Shown here piece after piece: positions 59,912 through 64,000 of a DNA stretch of 64,000 nt. The position numbers were made by a program, and so were the translations under genes. The DNA lies in the NCBI GenBank assembly GCA_031549385.1, contig JAVBPW010000001.1:128001-192000 (forward strand), read 5' to 3'. Origin of the DNA: Alphaproteobacteria bacterium. Its GTDB lineage: Bacteria > Pseudomonadota > Alphaproteobacteria > Rs-D84 > SZUA-605. The notes beneath the pieces are model-generated. The model searched no databases, was not told where the DNA came from, and saw only the letters and a list, made by a program, of their open reading frames with translations. Positions within the stretch are counted from its first letter, which is position 1. Each line of letters begins with the position of its first letter.

Positions 59912-59965
59912 CTTATGAAATTATTAAAAACAGGTTTTTAACAATTTAACAAGCTTAATAATAAT
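59910..59965 (+). repeat. dispersed DnaA-box/trio-like hairpin element, copy 9
   Basis: AGCTTATGAAATTATTAAAAAC-AG-GTTTTTAACAATTTAACAAGCT-TAATAATAAT; fills the whole mutS/prmC intergenic gap. Confidence 0.9.
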
Positions 59966-60714
59966 TATAATTTATGTAAATATATTATACGATTTATTTG
60001 GTTGTAGTCTTTGAAGAGTTTGAATTTAAAATCTTTGAATATGTTTATTATATCTTCTTCTTGATCTTTACCAAATTCAAAAAAGATGTTTGGAGATTTT
60101 AAATCTTTCATTAAATCATAAAACCTTCTATAGAAATCTAATCCATCGTTACCACCATCTAATGCGGCAATTGGATCAAAATTTTTAACATTATTATCAA
60201 GAGTTTGGATTACTTTAGTTTCTATATATGGAGGGTTTGATATTATTAAATCGAATCCTGAAAAATCAAAATCTTCTTTTAAAATATCTGCCTCTTTAAA
60301 TTCTACATTTTTTATATTTATATTTGTTGAATTTTGATTTGCAGCTGTTAATGCTTCTTTACTGATATCTAATCCAAGCCCATGAGCTGATTTAAAAATA
60401 TCAAGTAATGTTAAAAGAAGACAACCTGAACCTGTTCCTATATCAACTATATTTTTAGGATTTTTATATTCTGATAAAACAGCTTGGATTAAAATTTCCG
60501 AATCGGCACGAGGTGATAGAGTTGCTTTATTTAATGAAAACTCATGATTATAAAAAGCTCGTTTATTAAAAATTCTATCCAGTGGAATTCCGGCTTTTCG
60601 TTGCTTAATTATTGAATCTATCTTTGATAAATCTTCCCCAATTTCCTCAATAATATACTTAGCCTCATATGAGGATAGTTCTTTTGATAATAATGCGTAG
60701 ATTTCGTTTTTCAT
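59965..60714 (-). CDS. prmC: release factor glutamine methyltransferase
   Basis: PRADSE, DIGTGSG, SNPPYI and ALDGGNDGLDFY; start corrected to 60714. Confidence 0.95.
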   Translation of the reverse strand: MKNEIYALLSKELSSYEAKYIIEEIGEDLSKIDSIIKQRKAGIPLDRIFNKRAFYNHEFSLNKATLSPRADSEILIQAVLSEYKNPKNIVDIGTGSGCLLLTLLDIFKSAHGLGLDISKEALTAANQNSTNINIKNVEFKEADILKEDFDFSGFDLIISNPPYIETKVIQTLDNNVKNFDPIAALDGGNDGLDFYRRFYDLMKDLKSPNIFFEFGKDQEEDIINIFKDFKFKLFKDYNQINRIIYLHKL

Positions 60715-60734
60715 TGAGCTTCTTTGATAATTGA

Positions 60735-60818
60735 TGGTGCGGGTGAAAGGACTTGAACCTTCATGGGTCGCCCCGCTGGAACCTAAATCCAGTGCGTCTG
60801 CCATTTCGCCACACCCGC
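60735..60818 (-). tRNA. tRNA-Leu(TAG)
   Basis: GCGGGTG/CACCCGC acceptor stem, anticodon arm CTGGA-TTTAGGT-TCCAG, long variable arm, CCA. Confidence 0.97.
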
Positions 60819-60896
60819 AACACGGTAGAATATAGGGTAAAAATATTAAAAAAGCAAGATTTGTTTTTTATCTTTTAATATGCTATAATTTTGGCG

Positions 60897-61331
60897 ATGA
60901 AAAAAATACCTTTATTATTAGTTGGACTTTTGGCTTTAGCATCATACTCGTATGCCCAAGAATACCGTTCATTAAAGGATAAAGAAACTCATGTTAGATC
61001 TGGACCTGGGTCTGATTATCCTGTTATTTATAAGTATAAAACTTCTGGACTTCCTTTAAAATTGTTAAAACAATACCAAGGATTTTCCCAAATTAAGGAT
61101 TATTATGGTAACACTGGCTGGATAATTGATACAAAGCTTCGAAAAAAACGTAATCTTTTTGTTTTCAGAAACTCTTTTGGATATGATAAGAAAACAACTA
61201 ACTCAGCAAAAGTATTTGAAATCATGGCACCTAATATATTAGAGCTTAAAAATTGTGGCGATGATTTTTGCAAGGTAGAATATAATAAAAAAGAAGCTTA
61301 TGTTTTAAAAAGTAATGTTTGGGGATTTTAA
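60897..61331 (+). CDS. SH3-domain secreted protein
   Basis: HVRSGPG..YPV...Y...GLP, GNTGWI and C-terminal VWG. Confidence 0.85.
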   Translation: MKKIPLLLVGLLALASYSYAQEYRSLKDKETHVRSGPGSDYPVIYKYKTSGLPLKLLKQYQGFSQIKDYYGNTGWIIDTKLRKKRNLFVFRNSFGYDKKTTNSAKVFEIMAPNILELKNCGDDFCKVEYNKKEAYVLKSNVWGF

Positions 61332-62507
61332 TTATAGCTCATCTAATAGCTTGTATAATTCTGGACTTAGATATCCGTCTATTAACATACCATTTGTTTT
61401 TTGAAATGCTTTGATAGCTTTTTTCATACAGCTTCCCATTACGCCATCAACTTCACAAGTATAATAATCTTTTCTTTTTAAGATATGTTGAACATGTTGG
61501 ATTTCATCAACTGTAAATCTTTTTTCTTCTGGAAATAATAACTTGATAGGTTTACCTTCTATTTGATCTGCAAGAAGCCCTATTGAAAGAGCATAAAAAT
61601 TAGAACGGTTCCATTTTAAAATTTTATCAAAATTTGGATAGACTAAAAACGCTGGACCTTTTACACCAGATGGAAGAAGTAATTTTGCTTTAATGTCTGA
61701 TACAGGAAGTGATTTACCATCAATTGTTTTTATATCTAAATCTTTATAATAAGACAAAGGTTGATATGTATCTGTAATATCATTCATTAAGGCTTCGAAC
61801 GGAACATCAACTACCCTGCCCCATTTTTCATCTTTTTCCCAACCCATTCTTTTTAAATAAGCTGCAGCTGAATAAAACGAATCCTGTAAGTTTGTTACTA
61901 TATCAACTTTTTCTTTTGCAATTTTTCCTTCTTTATACATATCAAATGTAGTTGGCATAAATTGAAAGTTTCCAAATGCTCCTGCCCATGAACCTTTAAA
62001 ATCTTTTCTTTGTATATGACCTTGCTTTAAAATTTTAAGAGCTGCAAAAAATTCTGATTTGAAAAAAGCTTCACGTCTTCCATCATAAGCCATAGTAGCC
62101 GTTGTTGATAAAATATCAAATGAACCTTTATTTGTTCCATAATTTGTTTCTGCTCCCCAAAAAGCTACCAAAATTTTTGCAGGTACTCCTGTCTTTGCAG
62201 AAACTTCATTCAATAAAGTTCTATACTTTTTTAAATTTGTCTTTCCATTTTTAATTCTTTCATCATTTACTAAATTTTGGTAGTAAAGTTTAAATGGACG
62301 AGTGAATTCTGGCTGGAATTTATCTTTATCTACTGCTTCTTGATAGTAATTTATATCTATAAAAGTTTTATCCAAGAATGCTTTATCGAATCCTTTAAAA
62401 GCAGCTTCTTTTTTTAACTCTTTTACATATGAATCAAAAGTGGAAGGGTTTTCTGCAAAAGCAGAAAATGTTATAAAAGAGAGTAAAGTTAAAAATATTT
62501 TTTTCAT
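61332..62507 (-). CDS. lytic murein transglycosylase (MltB/SLT_2) with peptidoglycan-binding domain
   Basis: WGAETNYG, GSWAGAFGNFQFMPT, WNRSNFYA and DGVMG...AIKAFQ. Confidence 0.93.
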   Translation of the reverse strand: MKKIFLTLLSFITFSAFAENPSTFDSYVKELKKEAAFKGFDKAFLDKTFIDINYYQEAVDKDKFQPEFTRPFKLYYQNLVNDERIKNGKTNLKKYRTLLNEVSAKTGVPAKILVAFWGAETNYGTNKGSFDILSTTATMAYDGRREAFFKSEFFAALKILKQGHIQRKDFKGSWAGAFGNFQFMPTTFDMYKEGKIAKEKVDIVTNLQDSFYSAAAYLKRMGWEKDEKWGRVVDVPFEALMNDITDTYQPLSYYKDLDIKTIDGKSLPVSDIKAKLLLPSGVKGPAFLVYPNFDKILKWNRSNFYALSIGLLADQIEGKPIKLLFPEEKRFTVDEIQHVQHILKRKDYYTCEVDGVMGSCMKKAIKAFQKTNGMLIDGYLSPELYKLLDEL

Positions 62508-62540
62508 CGCACTGATGATAGCATATAAAATTTTGAAAAA

Positions 62541-63623
62541 CTATTGAATTTGAATAAAATAGGATTTTTTCTTTTCTAATAACTTGAAGTCTTCTTTGAA
62601 AACACCTGTTAGGAATGTTTGAATGCCTAAATTTTCAAGTTCTGTAAATAGTTTCTTTTTATGTTCTTCGTCTAAATGAGCTACTACTTCGTCCAAAAGA
62701 AGTAATGGTGTATATCCCTTTATTTCCTTTATCATATAGCAACATGATAAAATTAAAGAAAATAAGATTATCTTTTGTTGGCCTGTTGATGTCATGTGAG
62801 ATGGCATCTTTAAATCTTCATTATATATAAGAATCTTGGTTTTATTTATGCTTTCTATTAATTCATCCATTAATCTTTTTTCTTTTAAATAGGATTGGTA
62901 TTCTTCTTCTATTAAAGTAAATGGAGTATTTTCTTGAATTCTGTTTTCTATAAACCCTGATAAGGAAATACTTATCTTTGGAAATGAGGTTGGACTTTCC
63001 TGCATTACTTTATTTAATTTAGATATAAATAAATGTCTGCTTGATGCAATAGATACCGATAGGTTGCTTATTTGATGATCTATTGAATTTAATAAGCTAT
63101 CTTTTTTTATGCCATTTTTTATGAAAAAATTACGTTGTTTAAATAGCTTATTTATATCTGAAAGCTCGTTTGCATGGTTTGGATAAAATATTGCTGTTAA
63201 TTTATCTATTAATTTTCTTGAACTTATTGGACCTTCAAGAAATACTTTGTCCATTGCAGGAGTTATCCAAAATATTTTACTTATGTTTTGTAAATCTTTT
63301 TGTGATGTTTTTTTATCATCTATTAATATATTCCTAAATGGAGATTGCTCTGTATCGTATATACAATTTATTGTATAAAAAATTTGAGCTATATTCATGA
63401 TTGAATTTACTTTGAAATAGTTCTTATCTGAACATACATTTGAAATTTCTGATAGTTTTGCTTTTTTTAAACCATTGCCTGCAGTTAAATAGGAAATTGC
63501 TTCAAGAATATTAGTTTTGCCTACTCCATTGTTTCCATATATAACAACGAAATCATTTTCAAAATTAAATTTTTTTGAAGTATAGTTTCGATAATTTTCT
63601 AAATACAATTCCAGTAATCGCAT
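62541..63623 (-). CDS. recF: DNA replication/repair protein RecF
   Basis: NYRNY, GNNGVGKTNILEAI, STGQQK and LLLDEVVAHLD. Confidence 0.95.
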   Translation of the reverse strand: MRLLELYLENYRNYTSKKFNFENDFVVIYGNNGVGKTNILEAISYLTAGNGLKKAKLSEISNVCSDKNYFKVNSIMNIAQIFYTINCIYDTEQSPFRNILIDDKKTSQKDLQNISKIFWITPAMDKVFLEGPISSRKLIDKLTAIFYPNHANELSDINKLFKQRNFFIKNGIKKDSLLNSIDHQISNLSVSIASSRHLFISKLNKVMQESPTSFPKISISLSGFIENRIQENTPFTLIEEEYQSYLKEKRLMDELIESINKTKILIYNEDLKMPSHMTSTGQQKIILFSLILSCCYMIKEIKGYTPLLLLDEVVAHLDEEHKKKLFTELENLGIQTFLTGVFKEDFKLLEKKKSYFIQIQ

Positions 63624-63722
63624 GTAGGTTTTATAGCCTCTTTTTTACAAATCTTCAATAATTTATTTGATTTTGTATATTTTATGTTTTATAATTAAAA
63701 ACATCTTACGGAGGGATACATT

Positions 63723-64000
63723 ATGAAAAAAATTTATATGCTTGCACTAGTCTTGCTTTTTGCTGGATGTGCTAAATACGATAATCCAGATTTTGCAACT
63801 GATGATTATTACTCATCTGACAGTGCTACTGAGCAAACTGCTTCAAACTCATCAAGTTTGTTGCCTGATGAAGAAGCTCCATATTCTTATACAGAAACAA
63901 CAACTATTGAAACTACTGAAATTGTTAATGTTGCTGGTATGCATGATAGTGTTATGAATGCACCACTTACAAACTATAAAGTTGGAAATCCTTATAACCT
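63723..64000 (+). CDS. rlpA: RlpA-like lipoprotein (5' part only)
   Basis: GGAGG SD, lipobox FAGC, and YKVGNPY motif at the window edge. Confidence 0.65.
   Translation, partial: MKKIYMLALVLLFAGCAKYDNPDFATDDYYSSDSATEQTASNSSSLLPDEEAPYSYTETTTIETTEIVNVAGMHDSVMNAPLTNYKVGNPYN

Noticed and set aside
14349-59965. Dispersed repeat as Rho-independent terminators
   Set aside because: Stems are AT-rich, two copies lie between divergent genes, copy 8 sits between separate terminator hairpins, and orientation ignores gene direction.
14349-59965. Dispersed repeat as CRISPR repeats, integron attC sites or CtrA boxes
   Set aside because: Copies are kb apart with no spacers or cas genes, they flank core genes and lack RYYYAAC/GTTRRRY ends, and the TTAA spacing is not TTAA-N7-TTAA.
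60715-60804. N-terminal extension of PrmC in the ORF track
   Set aside because: It is translated tRNA-Leu sequence; the real start is 60714.

Overview
AT-rich chromosomal segment of an alphaproteobacterium, probably reduced and host-associated (permuted two-piece tmRNA, tandem VirB6-like paralogues, split virB locus). Housekeeping content includes lepA, frr-uppS-cdsA-rseP-bamA, rpsP-rimM-trmD-rplS, gap, rpsU, thrS, rho, recR, rpmH-rnpA-yidD-yidC-yihA, trmB, ruvX, mutS, prmC, recF and three tRNAs. A ~7.5 kb integrative element sits in tRNA-Gly(GCC), bounded by a 46-bp direct repeat. It encodes a tyrosine integrase, an excisionase-like HTH, an HUH Rep-like protein, a TerS-like protein and a restriction-nuclease/STAND-NTPase defence candidate, and looks like a phage satellite. 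The most unusual signal is a family of nine ~55-bp intergenic elements, all in the same chromosomal orientation regardless of flanking genes. Each has the layout of the oriC basal unwinding system (two tandem DnaA-box-like motifs, a short spacer, TAA trinucleotide repeats), preceded by an inverted arm whose recurrent mismatches favour folding of the minus strand only. Two homologous covarying ~170-nt structured leader RNAs are also present. All product calls come from motif recognition by eye; no searches were run.
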